Shown here piece after piece: positions 1-9,911 of a DNA stretch of 64,000 bases. The notes beneath the pieces were generated by a model that worked only from the letters and a program-made list of their open reading frames with translations, was not told where the DNA came from and did no database searches. Positions within the stretch are counted from its first letter, which is position 1. Each line of letters starts with the position of its first letter. The translations under genes were made by a program, and so were the position numbers. Origin of the DNA: Alphaproteobacteria bacterium (lineage in GTDB: Bacteria > Pseudomonadota > Alphaproteobacteria > JANSWW01); NCBI GenBank assembly GCA_024743275.1, contig JANSWW010000001.1, forward strand, positions 414,300-478,299, in the 5' to 3' direction.

Positions 1-432
1 GCGCGCCTCACCGACAAGGCCGAGGAGGAACCGAAGGCGCCTAGTTCCGGCCCGGAAGACAAGGCTGGCTCGGACCACGATGTCGCGGGGACCGGCCGGC
101 TGCAGGGCCTCAAAGACAGCCTGCCGCCGGACGCCTTCGCGAAAATGGTCGCCCTGCTGCCCGAGGAATTCGAAAAGCACATGCGCTCCATCGAGCAGGC
201 GGCGGTGAACATGGACTACGACTCGCTGCGCCGCGCCGCCCATTCGATCAAGGGTATGATGTCGAATTTCGGCTTCGACGACGTCTCGAAGTCCGCCTTC
301 ACGGTCGAACGGCTCAGCCGGGCGGCCGAAGAGGGCGGCGAGGTCGATCAGGTGGCGCTTGGCCGGCTGATCGCCGCCCTGAAGCTCAAGGAACCGGAAT
401 TGAAGCGGACCTTGAAGCGCATGAGCGGTTGA
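1..432 (+). CDS. HPt (histidine phosphotransfer) domain protein, 5'-partial; reading frame is open from nt 1 so the gene probably continues upstream of the window
   Basis: Frame 1 is open from nt 1 to the stop at 430-432. The C-terminal 95 aa carry an HPt-like helix with the phospho-accepting His in the context AAHSIKGMMSNFG. The upstream in-frame part is a low-complexity linker (EEEPKAPSSGPEDK), typical of hybrid kinase REC-HPt linkers. Not resolved: whether it is a standalone HPt starting at ATG 145 or a hybrid kinase tail. Confidence 0.6.
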   Translation, partial: ARLTDKAEEEPKAPSSGPEDKAGSDHDVAGTGRLQGLKDSLPPDAFAKMVALLPEEFEKHMRSIEQAAVNMDYDSLRRAAHSIKGMMSNFGFDDVSKSAFTVERLSRAAEEGGEVDQVALGRLIAALKLKEPELKRTLKRMSG

Positions 433-512
433 TGCGTCGCCCGCGTCTCAGTATGTAACCCGCGCATTGTTCGTTTATCAGCTCGCCGCACCGTCCGTGC
501 CGGAAGGATCCC

Positions 513-1796
513 ATGCTTGACCGCCGCTTCATCGTTGAGAATGCCGACGCCGTCCGTGAGAACTGCAAGAATCGCGGCGTCTCGGTCGACATCGACCGAT
601 TCCTCACCCTGGAGCGGGAGACGCGGGAGAAGGATTCCGAGTTGCAGGTCCTGAACCAGAAGGCCAACGAGGTCTCCAAAACCATCGGCAAGGCGAAGGA
701 CGCGACCGAGCGGGAGGAACGGATCGCCGAGGGCCGTCGGCTGCGCGAAGCACGCGACGCCCTGAAGGAGGAGCTCGAGGCCCTCAACGCGGAATTCCGC
801 GAGGTCCACGAGGCGATCCCGAACATGTCCGACCCGGCGGCCCCCATCGGGGCCACCGACGAGGACAATGTCGAAATCCTTCGCGGGCAGACCCCGGTGC
901 CGTCCTTCGGTTTCGAGCCGAAGGACCATCTGGAGATCGGCAAGGACCTGGATCTCCTGGATTTCGAGACCGCGGCCAAGGTCACCGGTCATGGCTTCTA
1001 CTATCTGAAGAACGAGGGCGCGCTGCTCGAATTGGCGCTGCAGCAATTCGCGGTCAGCAAACTGATGGCCGAAGGGTTCACCGTGCTGACGACCCCGGAT
1101 CTGGCCCGCAACGACGTCTTGAGCGGCACCGGCTTCAGCCCGCGGGGCAACGAGACGCAAATCTACTCGATCGAGGGCACCGATCTCTCCCTGATCGCCA
1201 CCGCCGAAATCACGCTGGGCGGCGTCTACAAGGACACGATCCTCGAAGAGGAGAAGCTGCCGATCCTGCTCTGCGGTCTTTCCCATTGCTTCCGCACCGA
1301 GGCCGGCGCCCATGGAGCCGCGACCCGCGGCCTCTATCGCGTCCACCAGTTCTCCAAAGTCGAGATGTTCGCCTTCACCACGCCGGAACAGTCGGTGGAA
1401 GTCCACGAGACCATGTATCGGATCGAGCGGGAGATCTTCGACGCGCTCGGCCTCGCATACCGGGCGGTGGATATCTGCACCGGGGACCTCGGTGGATCGG
1501 CCTACAAGAAATACGATCTCGAGGCCTGGATGCCGAAGCGCGGCGAGAACGGGAGTTGGGGCGAGGTCACCTCGACCTCCAACTGCACCGACTATCAGGC
1601 GCGGCGCCTCAATATCCGCTGCCGGCCGAAGGGGGAGAAGGGAACCCGTCTGGTCCACACCCTCAACGGCACCGCCGTCTCCATGGCCAGGGCGATCCTG
1701 GCGATCCTCGAGAATTACCAGCAAGCCGACGGGTCGGTCCTGGTGCCGCAGGCGCTGCGGCCCTTCATGGGCGGCAAGGACCGCATCGCGCGCTAA
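513..1796 (+). CDS. serS: seryl-tRNA synthetase
   Basis: 427-aa ORF with an N-terminal coiled-coil arm and a class II aaRS core (motifs around FRTEAG and GSAYKKYDLEAW), full-length match to SerS architecture, and the ATG in good context. Confidence 0.95.
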   Translation: MLDRRFIVENADAVRENCKNRGVSVDIDRFLTLERETREKDSELQVLNQKANEVSKTIGKAKDATEREERIAEGRRLREARDALKEELEALNAEFREVHEAIPNMSDPAAPIGATDEDNVEILRGQTPVPSFGFEPKDHLEIGKDLDLLDFETAAKVTGHGFYYLKNEGALLELALQQFAVSKLMAEGFTVLTTPDLARNDVLSGTGFSPRGNETQIYSIEGTDLSLIATAEITLGGVYKDTILEEEKLPILLCGLSHCFRTEAGAHGAATRGLYRVHQFSKVEMFAFTTPEQSVEVHETMYRIEREIFDALGLAYRAVDICTGDLGGSAYKKYDLEAWMPKRGENGSWGEVTSTSNCTDYQARRLNIRCRPKGEKGTRLVHTLNGTAVSMARAILAILENYQQADGSVLVPQALRPFMGGKDRIAR

Positions 1797-1907
1797 ACAA
1801 AGGTCGGCACCCGACCCCCAATACGACATACAGCCGTCGCATCGGGACAACATGACACGGCGGAACGCGGCTAGGCTGCCCCTTCCTCAACGAAGGATAC
1901 CCTTCCC

Positions 1908-3197
1908 GTGGCCGCCGCCCCCAAGACCGGATCGAAGTCCGGCTCCCTGACCGCTCTGCGCCTCGGTCCCCTTGTCGCGCTGTTCGCATCCCTCGGCATC
2001 CTGTTGGCCGGCAACGGGATTCAGGGGACGCTGCTGGCGATCCGCGCCAATCTGGAGGCCTTTACGGCGACAGAGATCGGCCTGCTCGGATCCGGCTTTT
2101 TCATCGGGTTCATTTTCGGCTGTATCTACGTCCCGCATCTCATCGGTCGGGTCGGGCATATCCGCTGTTTCGCGGCCCTCGCGGCCATCGGCGCGGCGGC
2201 CGCCCTGGTTCACGCCATCGTCGTGGAGCCGTGGACCTGGATCGTCCTCAGAGCCCTTTCGGGCTTCTGTATATCCGGCCTGAGCATGATCGCCGAAAGT
2301 TGGATCAACGCGCGGGCGACCAAGGAAACGCGCGGCCAGATCTTCTCGATCTACCGGGTCGTCGACATGAGCTGTGTGACCGGTGGCCAGTTCGTCCTGA
2401 CCCTCGCCGACCCGGCCGGCTTCGTACTGTTCTCGGTCTGCGCCATTCTGTTCACCCTGGCCGTGGTCCCGGTCAGCATGACCAAGACCCAGGCGCCGCC
2501 CCCGGTCCCGGCGGCGAAGTTCCAGCCCCTGAAGGCGTTCCGGATCTCCCCCCTGGGGGCCTTGGCGGTCGTCTCGGCCGGCCTCGTCAACGCGTCCTTT
2601 CGCAATATCGGACCGGTGGTGGGGCAGAATATCGGGCTCAGCGTCGCCGAGGTCGCGACCTTGATGGCGGTCTTCATCGCCGGCGGCGCCCTGCTGCAAT
2701 GGCCCGTGGGCTGGCTCTCCGACAAATTCGACCGCCGGCATATGCTGTTGATCCTGAGCGCCGGCGCCATGGCGTTCAGCGCCTGGCTGCAACTGGCCGT
2801 CGATGCCGATCCATCGGTCCTTTTCCTGGCGGCGGGTCTGTTCGGGGCCGCCGCGATGCCGATCTACGCCGTCGCCGTCGCCCACACCAACGACTATGCA
2901 AGTCCCGACGAATTCGTTCAGGTGAGTGCGGGTCTATTGCTGCTGTTCGCCGTCGGCGCCATCGTCGGCCCGCTGATGTCGGCGGTGCTGGTCGACTGGT
3001 TCGGAGCGGCGGGCCTGTTTCAGTTCACCTTCTGGGCCCATGCGCTGTTGGTCGGTTTCTCGCTTTACCGGATGACTGTCCGGGCGAGCGTGCCGCGGGC
3101 GCTGCGCCGCCGGGTGGTCGGCCTGATGCGGACCTCACCGGCGATCTTCAATCTCGACCCCCGCAGCGATTCCGACCGCTCCGGGGATCACGACTGA
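1908..3197 (+). CDS. MFS transporter
   Basis: 429-aa polytopic membrane protein with 12 predicted hydrophobic segments and MFS-like loop motifs. GTG start at 1908 taken from the ORF track. Confidence 0.8.
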   Translation: MAAAPKTGSKSGSLTALRLGPLVALFASLGILLAGNGIQGTLLAIRANLEAFTATEIGLLGSGFFIGFIFGCIYVPHLIGRVGHIRCFAALAAIGAAAALVHAIVVEPWTWIVLRALSGFCISGLSMIAESWINARATKETRGQIFSIYRVVDMSCVTGGQFVLTLADPAGFVLFSVCAILFTLAVVPVSMTKTQAPPPVPAAKFQPLKAFRISPLGALAVVSAGLVNASFRNIGPVVGQNIGLSVAEVATLMAVFIAGGALLQWPVGWLSDKFDRRHMLLILSAGAMAFSAWLQLAVDADPSVLFLAAGLFGAAAMPIYAVAVAHTNDYASPDEFVQVSAGLLLLFAVGAIVGPLMSAVLVDWFGAAGLFQFTFWAHALLVGFSLYRMTVRASVPRALRRRVVGLMRTSPAIFNLDPRSDSDRSGDHD

Positions 3198-3211
3198 GAT
3201 CAATCCTGAAA

Positions 3212-3786
3212 CTAGTCCATCGCCCCGGTGCGGGACGGATCGTTGCCGACGGTGGCACTCTCGATCACCCGGGCGCGGCCCGCCGCGAGGTCGAAGACCA
3301 GACGCGGAAAGCGGTCAAGATCCCGCCCGGTGACCCGCAGCATCCGGGCGCCATCCGGATAGTCGATCGCATGGATCTCGCCGACGTCGTACATGCCGAC
3401 CTCGCCAACCTCCAAGCGATAGGTGTCGGTGACCTTCAATTCAGCGTCGCCGGCCCCCTCGCCGCCATCGACCCGTTCGAAGCAGGTCATGTCGGTGTGC
3501 CCGACGGTCTGTCCGTAGACCGCCCAGCTCTCGCCGTGATCATGGGGCGGCGACTTGCGGGCCGGGTCGTTGACATGGGCCAGCACGACGAAGTCCATTT
3601 CAGCATCCTCGTGCAGACGATGGACGCCGATCTCGGCCTCCGGGCCGAAATGTTGGTCGACGAACGCCTTGTTTTCCAGCAGCTTGCGCATATTGTCGGT
3701 GACCGCCTGGATACCGGGGGTTCCCGGGTCCGTTCTGAGCGCTTCCCGGCAATCCTCGATGAATTGATCGAATGCGTACGACATTT
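3212..3786 (-). CDS. cupin domain protein (metal-binding HxH...E motif)
   Basis: The 227-aa ORF was trimmed to the internal ATG at 3786 (MSYAFDQ), which is preceded by AGGAA. The cupin motif PPHDHGESWAVYG is present. No function was assigned. Confidence 0.65.
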
Positions 3787-3894
3787 CCTTCGCCTCTTGC
3801 TTCCCCTGCAAATCCCTAACCCTTTTGTGGATCCCACAGTAGCCGACGACGGGGCGCAAGCCTAGCACTGACAAAAATCCGCAAGGAGACCGCA

Positions 3895-4914
3895 ATGTCC
3901 GAAACAGCCCCCTCTCCGGAGATCGCCGTGATCGGCGCCGGCTATGCCGGCATGGCCTGTGCGCAGCGCCTGGCGGAGGCCGGACGGACGGTAAAGCTGT
4001 TCGACAAGGGGCGCGGTCCCGGCGGCCGTTCGTCGACCCGGCGCGGCGAGGCCGGCCGCTTCGATCACGGCGCGCCTTTTTTCGCCATGTCGGATCCTGA
4101 TTTCACGGCCGTCGTCGATCTATGGCGCGGGCATGGCGTGGCCGCCCCCTGGGAGGGGCGGTTCATCGCCGTCGATGGGTCGGGTACACCCGAGCAGCCG
4201 AGCCTGCCGGCCGTGATGGTCGGCATGCCCGGGATGAACGGCATCTTGAAATGGCTTGGGGAAGGCCTGGATATCGCGTTCGGAGTCCGGGTCAAGCGGA
4301 TCGTCCGGGAGGGCGACGCCTATCGTCTGGTCGCCGAGGACGGTGCCGACCTCGGCACCTACGGGCAGGTGGTTATCGCCGTCCCGTCGGTCCAAGCGGT
4401 TCCCCTGCTGGAGCAGGCCGGCGCCGAGGCCATGGCGCGGGCCGCCGAGACGGTCGAGGTCCAGCCCTGCTGGACGGTCATGGCCGCCTTCGCCGACGCC
4501 CCACCGGTTGCCTTCGACGCCGCCGAAGTGACCTCCGGGCCGCTGTCCATGGCCCTTCATCAGGAGAGCAAACCCGGCCGGGACCCGGCGGAACCCGGGA
4601 TGAGCACGTGGGTCCTCCACGCAAGCGATGCCTGGACCAGGGCGCATCTGGAGGACGACAAGGAGGACGTGGTGGCCCCCTTGCTGGATGCCTTCATGGG
4701 GATCGGCGGGCCGATCGACGAGCCGGTCTTCGCCACCGCGCATCGGTGGCGCTATGCCAAGGTGACCGGGCCGGCCGGCGTCAGCCATCTCTGGGACGGG
4801 AGTTTGGGCGTGGGGGCCTGCGGCGACTGGCTGCCGGACCATGATCCTCAACACGGGATCGAGGCCGCCTGGCGCTCCGGTTCGGCGTTGGCAGACGCGA
4901 TCCTTGAGGCCTAA
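3895..4914 (+). CDS. NAD(P)/FAD-dependent oxidoreductase, renalase/amine-oxidase-like
   Basis: N-terminal Rossmann dinucleotide motif VIGAGYAGMACAQRL...GGR. 339 aa. The RBS GGAGA precedes the ATG. Confidence 0.8.
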   Translation: MSETAPSPEIAVIGAGYAGMACAQRLAEAGRTVKLFDKGRGPGGRSSTRRGEAGRFDHGAPFFAMSDPDFTAVVDLWRGHGVAAPWEGRFIAVDGSGTPEQPSLPAVMVGMPGMNGILKWLGEGLDIAFGVRVKRIVREGDAYRLVAEDGADLGTYGQVVIAVPSVQAVPLLEQAGAEAMARAAETVEVQPCWTVMAAFADAPPVAFDAAEVTSGPLSMALHQESKPGRDPAEPGMSTWVLHASDAWTRAHLEDDKEDVVAPLLDAFMGIGGPIDEPVFATAHRWRYAKVTGPAGVSHLWDGSLGVGACGDWLPDHDPQHGIEAAWRSGSALADAILEA

Positions 4915-5687
4915 AGGAACCCCGAGATCCCGTCATAGGTCAGCTTAATACCGGTCAGGAACAGGAAGATGTAGCAGAGCCGGTAGAACAGCTTCTCCGG
5001 TACCCGGTAATGGAGCTTCATGCCGAGGAACATCCCGAAGAGCGCCACCGGCAGCAGGACAGCCGAGGTGGTCAGGACCTGGACCGAGAACTGGCCGAGC
5101 AAGGCGTAGGGGATCAGCTTCACCAGGTTGATCGCCCAATAGAAGATGATCGTCGTCGACTGATAGACCGTCTTGTCGAGACCGAGCCGCAGAAGATAGG
5201 CGTTCACCGGCGGCCCACCGGCATGGGCGACGAAACTGGTGAAGCCGGAGACCCCGCCCCAGAACACGCCGCTGACCGAGCCCGGCGGGGAGCCCATCGC
5301 CTCGTCGCCGCCCCGGCGGTGCTTGATCCAACGCTCCAAGGTGAAGCCCAGGGCGATGAGCCCGATCAGAAGCTTGATCGTATCGTCGTCGAGGAATTCG
5401 AAGCCGGAGGCGCCGATCAGGATGCCGATCAGGGAGCCGCCCAGGATCAGCATCAGATGATGCCGGTTCCACTTCCCCCAAAACGCCTTCAGCCCCATCA
5501 CGTCCATGCAGCACAGCATTGGCAGCATGATCGCCGCGGCCACGGTCGGCGGCACCAGCAGGGTCAGCAGCGGCACGGCGACGACGCCGAGCCCGCCGCC
5601 GAAGCCGCCCTTGGAGATCCCGACCACGATCACCGCAACGATCGCGACGGCCAGAAAGACGGGGTCCGAAACCAGGCTGAAATCCAT
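4911..5687 (-). CDS. sulfite exporter TauE/SafE family membrane protein (DUF81)
   Basis: Polytopic membrane protein with a duplicated 4-TM architecture and GxGGG-rich segments (ISKGGFGGGLG) typical of TauE/SafE. The start was moved to the internal ATG 5687 (MDFSLV) because the longer ORF would overlap the divergent neighbour. Confidence 0.75.
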   Translation of the reverse strand: MDFSLVSDPVFLAVAIVAVIVVGISKGGFGGGLGVVAVPLLTLLVPPTVAAAIMLPMLCCMDVMGLKAFWGKWNRHHLMLILGGSLIGILIGASGFEFLDDDTIKLLIGLIALGFTLERWIKHRRGGDEAMGSPPGSVSGVFWGGVSGFTSFVAHAGGPPVNAYLLRLGLDKTVYQSTTIIFYWAINLVKLIPYALLGQFSVQVLTTSAVLLPVALFGMFLGMKLHYRVPEKLFYRLCYIFLFLTGIKLTYDGISGFL

Positions 5688-5798
5688 ATCGTCGCGGGGT
5701 CCCTGGGAAATGGGGGCCGAAAGAAGTCCGGGCGGGCCTTCCACCCGTATCGCATCTTGACGAGAATAGGGAGGCCCCTGTCACGGGGTTCGACGCCC

Positions 5799-6698
5799 AT
5801 GGCACCGGCGATGCCGATCTTCGAAGAGGAAATCGTGGCGGACGATCCGCCACCGCAGGGGGAACAGGCGAGTGAGGAACTGGCCCGCGACTTCCGCGAC
5901 CGGAAAGACCTCGAAACCTATCTTCACGCCCTGTTCGACGATGTGGTGGGATCGCATGCGGACCGCCCCCATCAGGAGACCCTGTCCCCGTTCCCCGGCG
6001 GACGCGCTGAAGCCATAGACCGGCTGGCGGCCGTCAAACCGGCCCAATACAAGCGCACCCGCAACCATCTTGACGGGGCCGTCTCCAGGCTATCCCCCTA
6101 TATCCGGCACGGTATCCTGTCGCTCTCCGAAGCCCGTGACGACGTCCTGGAGCGTTCCTCCCCGGCCACTGCGGAGAAATTCGTCAACGAGCTCGCCTGG
6201 CGGGACTATTGGCAGCGGGTCTATGCCAAGATCGGCCACGGGGTCTGGGAAGACCGGGAGGAGTACAAGACCGGTTTCGTGGCGGCCGATTATGCCGATA
6301 CACTGCCCCCGGCCCTTGTCGCGGGTGAGACCGGGCTCGCCTGCATGGACGGGTTCGCCCGCGAGCTGGAGGAAACCGGCTATCTCCACAATCACGCCCG
6401 GATGTGGGTCGCCGCCTATGTGGTCCATTTCCTCCGGGTGAAGTGGCAGGCGGGCGCGCGCTGGTTCCTCGCCCATCTGCTCGACGGCGATCCCGCCTCG
6501 AACAATCTGTCCTGGCAGTGGGTCGCCAGCACCTTTTCGCGCAAACCCTATATCTGGAACCGGGAGAACCTCGACCGGAACACGGATGGCCGTTATTGCG
6601 CCGCCTGTCCCGCGCGCGACCGCTGCCCGTTAGATAAGTCCTACGAGGCGCTCACCGACGAGCTGTTTCCCAATCGGCCGGTGGAGGAGCGGACATGA
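5799..6698 (+). CDS. photolyase/cryptochrome FAD-binding domain protein of FeS-BCP (PhrB/CryPro) type, lacking the N-terminal alpha/beta domain
   Basis: The long ORF 5010-6698 was trimmed to ATG 5799 because the upstream part overlaps the TauE gene on the other strand. Photolyase C-domain motifs are present: SRLSPYIRHG, WRDYWQ, HNHARMWVAAYV and LSWQWVAS. Cys residues lie at positions equivalent to the PhrB [4Fe-4S] ligands (GLACMDG and CAACPARDRC). Confidence 0.8.
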   Translation: MAPAMPIFEEEIVADDPPPQGEQASEELARDFRDRKDLETYLHALFDDVVGSHADRPHQETLSPFPGGRAEAIDRLAAVKPAQYKRTRNHLDGAVSRLSPYIRHGILSLSEARDDVLERSSPATAEKFVNELAWRDYWQRVYAKIGHGVWEDREEYKTGFVAADYADTLPPALVAGETGLACMDGFARELEETGYLHNHARMWVAAYVVHFLRVKWQAGARWFLAHLLDGDPASNNLSWQWVASTFSRKPYIWNRENLDRNTDGRYCAACPARDRCPLDKSYEALTDELFPNRPVEERT

Positions 6699-7114
6699 CC
6701 ACGCTTGTCTGGCTCCACGACGACGCGCTGCGCATCCCGCCTGACCTCCGGGGCCAACCGGCGCTCTATGTTTTTGACGACGAGACCATCCGCGCGCGCC
6801 ATTATGGCCTCAAGCGCATCGGTTTCATCTACGAGACCCTTCTGACCCTACCGGTCGAGATCCGCCGGGGACCGACCGTGGAGACCGTCTTGGAGATCGC
6901 CCGGCGTGAAGGTGCCGAGGCGATCGCCTTGACCGGCACCCCTTGCCCCCATCTGACGGCGACGATCGAACAGGTCAAGGCGCGCTATCCGGTCCGGATG
7001 ATCGAGCCCACGCCCTTCGTCGTCCCGCACAAGAAGCTCGATCTCAAGCGTTTCAGCCGCTATTGGCACAAGGTGAAGGATCAGGCGCTGGAGCCGTCGG
7101 CCTCGCTTTTCTAG
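6695..7114 (+). CDS. photolyase N-terminal alpha/beta (antenna-binding) domain protein, standalone
   Basis: 139 aa. Begins MTTLVWLHDDALR, matching the LVWFRRDLRLHDN start of photolyases. KRIGFIYETL resembles the PhrB KKIAFIFSAM segment. Its ATG overlaps the stop of the upstream FAD-domain gene (ATGA), suggesting translational coupling. Confidence 0.7.
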   Translation: MTTLVWLHDDALRIPPDLRGQPALYVFDDETIRARHYGLKRIGFIYETLLTLPVEIRRGPTVETVLEIARREGAEAIALTGTPCPHLTATIEQVKARYPVRMIEPTPFVVPHKKLDLKRFSRYWHKVKDQALEPSASLF

Positions 7115-7211
7115 TCTTTTGATCACCCGTGATCGCAAACGGGTGAACCTTATTGAGAAACCCCTTATGCTCGACCATCTCCGATCGAGACCACAATAAG
7201 GGAGCCCACCC

Positions 7212-8603
7212 ATGCAACAATTGGCCGACTGCCGCGGCGTCGCCGTCACCGCATCCGACCGTAAAGCGATCGAGGGACTGGAACGGGCCCACGACATGGC
7301 GCTCGGCTTCTATGGGGATGCCATCGCGGAGATCGATAGGACCCTGGAAGCCTATCCCGACTTCATCATGGGGCATCTCTTCAAGGCGGCCTGGCTCACC
7401 CAGGCGATGGAAACACGGATCTATCCGATTATGGTCGGCGCCCTGGAACGGGCCGAGGCCAGGTGGGACCACGCCAACGACCGGGAGCGCGGCCATATGA
7501 AGGCCGTGCGGGCCTGGGTCGACGGGGACTTCTATCAGGCCGTACAGCATTGGGAGGCAGTCCTCGTCGAGGAACCGCGGGACCTTCTCGCCCTACAGCT
7601 CGCCCATCTGTCCGACGTCCTTCTCGGCGATGTGATCAATCAGCGGGATACGGTCGCCCGGGTCATGCCGGCCTGGACCGAGAGCATGCCGGGCTATGGC
7701 TATGTGCTCGGGTTCTATTCCTTCGGGCTTGAGGAAATGCGCGACTTTTCCGAGGCGGAGGAAGCCGGCCGCCGGGCCCTGGCGCTCAATCCGAAGGACG
7801 CCTATGCGATCCATGCGGTCGCCCATGTCATGGAGATGCAGGGTCGGCAGCAGGGCGGCATCTGGCTGATGAACAGCCGCAAGGAGGACTGGGCCAACGG
7901 CAACTTCAAGAATCACCTGTGGTGGCATAAGGCGCTGTTCCATCTCGACCTGCGCCAGGACGACGAGGTCCTGCAGATATATGACGGCGGCCTCAGGGGC
8001 GAATCCGATCCGGGGGCGGAGAAATATGAGGAGTTGGACGCGGCCGCCCTGCTCTGGCGCTGCAAGCTTCTCGGCATCGACGTCGGCAACCGCTGGCACG
8101 ATTTGGCCAAGTGCTGGGCGAGCAGCGCGGAGGACACGCTCTACGCCTTTAACGACGTGCATGCGATGATGGCCTTCGTGGCCGATGGGCGGAACGATCT
8201 TGCGGCCAAGATGCTCAACGCCAATGCCCGATACACCAAACATGCCAACGACGCCAATGTGGCGATGAGCCGGGAAATCGGCCTGCCCTTCTGCCACGCC
8301 CTGCAGGCCTTCGCCGAGGAACGTTACGCCGACGCGGTCGACCACCTGTTACCGGTCCGCTATCGCACCCACCGTCTCGGCGGCAGCCACGCCCAGCGGG
8401 ACGTGATTCTGTGGACCCTCCTTGAAGCGGCTTTGCGCGGCGACCGATACAAGCTCGCCCTCGCGCTCGCCAACGAGCGCTGCGCCCTGAAACCGACCAG
8501 CCCCGTGAACTGGACGTTCCGGGCACGCGCCCTGGAAGCCCTGGGCGACGCCACGGAAGCGAAACGCGCCCGCGCCCAGGCCGAGGTCTGCCTGGCGGCA
8601 TGA
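7212..8603 (+). CDS. tetratricopeptide-repeat protein, TTC38-like family
   Basis: 463-aa all-helical ORF with repeated TPR-like helix pairs. The overall length and pattern resemble the bacterial/eukaryotic TTC38 family. The RBS AGGGAG precedes the ATG. Confidence 0.7.
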   Translation: MQQLADCRGVAVTASDRKAIEGLERAHDMALGFYGDAIAEIDRTLEAYPDFIMGHLFKAAWLTQAMETRIYPIMVGALERAEARWDHANDRERGHMKAVRAWVDGDFYQAVQHWEAVLVEEPRDLLALQLAHLSDVLLGDVINQRDTVARVMPAWTESMPGYGYVLGFYSFGLEEMRDFSEAEEAGRRALALNPKDAYAIHAVAHVMEMQGRQQGGIWLMNSRKEDWANGNFKNHLWWHKALFHLDLRQDDEVLQIYDGGLRGESDPGAEKYEELDAAALLWRCKLLGIDVGNRWHDLAKCWASSAEDTLYAFNDVHAMMAFVADGRNDLAAKMLNANARYTKHANDANVAMSREIGLPFCHALQAFAEERYADAVDHLLPVRYRTHRLGGSHAQRDVILWTLLEAALRGDRYKLALALANERCALKPTSPVNWTFRARALEALGDATEAKRARAQAEVCLAA

Positions 8604-8633
8604 CCGGGATAACGGTGGTGAGGAGAAGCGGCC

Positions 8634-9602
8634 TCAGCCGGCCGCCTGGCTCGCCCTTTTTTTCTGGAAACTGTTGATCGCCGACCCGATCTCGGCCGCC
8701 AGCGCTTCTTCCCCTTTTTCGGGGTTGAACGCGGCGGGAACCGCATAGCCGAGCTCGTTCAAGAGGTTGATCGCCTTGGCGTTGGGCCAGTCCCCTTCCC
8801 GGGAAATCGTCTCGTGAATCTCGGCCGCGACCTTGCGCAGGGCGACGCTGACCGGCTTGGACGTTTCGAAGGGCGTGCCCACGACCCGGGCCGCGATATC
8901 GTCGCAGGTCAGGATCAGCCGCTTGAGCATCCCACGAAGCTGGGGCTCCTCGACCTCGCCGCGGAGCGCCGGAACCACCTGGCGCGCGAGGAATCCGATC
9001 TGGAATCCGTTGCGGCGCAACCGCTCGTCATTGATCTGCCCTCGGGTCGCCTGGATCGCCTTCTTCAGCGCCTGTTCATCGACCGGGCGGCCCTTGACCT
9101 TGTCGCCCAAAGTGTTCGGAACCTCGAAGCGCGGGATCGGGTTGGCCTCGTCGGCCCGGCTGCCCTTGCGCCGGTCCGGACCGATGTATTCGGAGGTGAC
9201 GACGAAGGGCTTGCGGCGTTCGGCCATCATTTTCACCTTGGCCAGCAAGGTTGCCGGGGCGGCCGGCTTGACCAGCACGTCGTCGACGCCGGAGTCGACC
9301 ATCGCCTTCAAGAAATGGGCGTCATGCTCGAAGATCATCACGATGATCGGGATATAGGGATTGTCGCCGATCTTCCCGGAGCGCACCTCGCGCACAAGCT
9401 TTCCGGCCGGCGAGCCGAGGAACTTGATATCCGCGATCACCAGATCGGGCAGCGTCTCGCCCAGGGCGTCCGGCATGTTGTCCGGTGAGACAACCGTCCG
9501 AAAACCGCCATAGCCCGCGTCCCGCAGAGTATCGCGCATGGCCTGTCCGATCGATCCATCGGCCTCGCCGAATACGATGTGGAGCCCCTTTTCCACAGCC
9601 AT
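8634..9602 (-). CDS. response regulator with N-terminal receiver-like domain and an uncharacterised helical C-terminal domain
   Basis: The N-terminal roughly 120 aa show a REC fold pattern, with the Asp in VIADIKF and Lys in VLVKP, but the acidic pocket is non-canonical (GEAD). The C-terminal roughly 200 aa have no recognisable output domain. Confidence 0.7.
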   Translation of the reverse strand: MAVEKGLHIVFGEADGSIGQAMRDTLRDAGYGGFRTVVSPDNMPDALGETLPDLVIADIKFLGSPAGKLVREVRSGKIGDNPYIPIIVMIFEHDAHFLKAMVDSGVDDVLVKPAAPATLLAKVKMMAERRKPFVVTSEYIGPDRRKGSRADEANPIPRFEVPNTLGDKVKGRPVDEQALKKAIQATRGQINDERLRRNGFQIGFLARQVVPALRGEVEEPQLRGMLKRLILTCDDIAARVVGTPFETSKPVSVALRKVAAEIHETISREGDWPNAKAINLLNELGYAVPAAFNPEKGEEALAAEIGSAINSFQKKRASQAAG

Positions 9603-9911
9603 TTACTAGTCCCAAAAAAATGTGAGCCGGTTCCTACGACACCGACGGCGCAGGCGTTACGATGCCCCGATACCTTTAACCAACTATTAATCTCGGTGAA
9701 GGAAGTGGCATTTTCTAGAATTAGGATTAACCATCCCTCTGCATCGGCGAAAACGCGGACGCCTTCGCGCCGACGAAGATCTCTTGATTACAGTTTTCTA
9801 TCAACCATTCTTAAATCCATTTAGCAAAACGAGGAGCCATCTTATGGATTCCAATACCATATCGCCACTCGAACCGAAACCGGTCTAGGCATATCGGTTT
9901 TAGATTATGTC

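Noticed and set aside
348-1853. 501-aa minus-strand ORF covering serS
   Set aside because: Antisense to a confidently identified seryl-tRNA synthetase. The translation is low-complexity Arg/Gly-rich.
5010-5798. N-terminal 263 codons of the long ORF 5010-6698
   Set aside because: This part overlaps the TauE gene on the opposite strand, and the translation is Asp/Arg/Gly-rich without homology. Photolyase homology begins only after ATG 5799.
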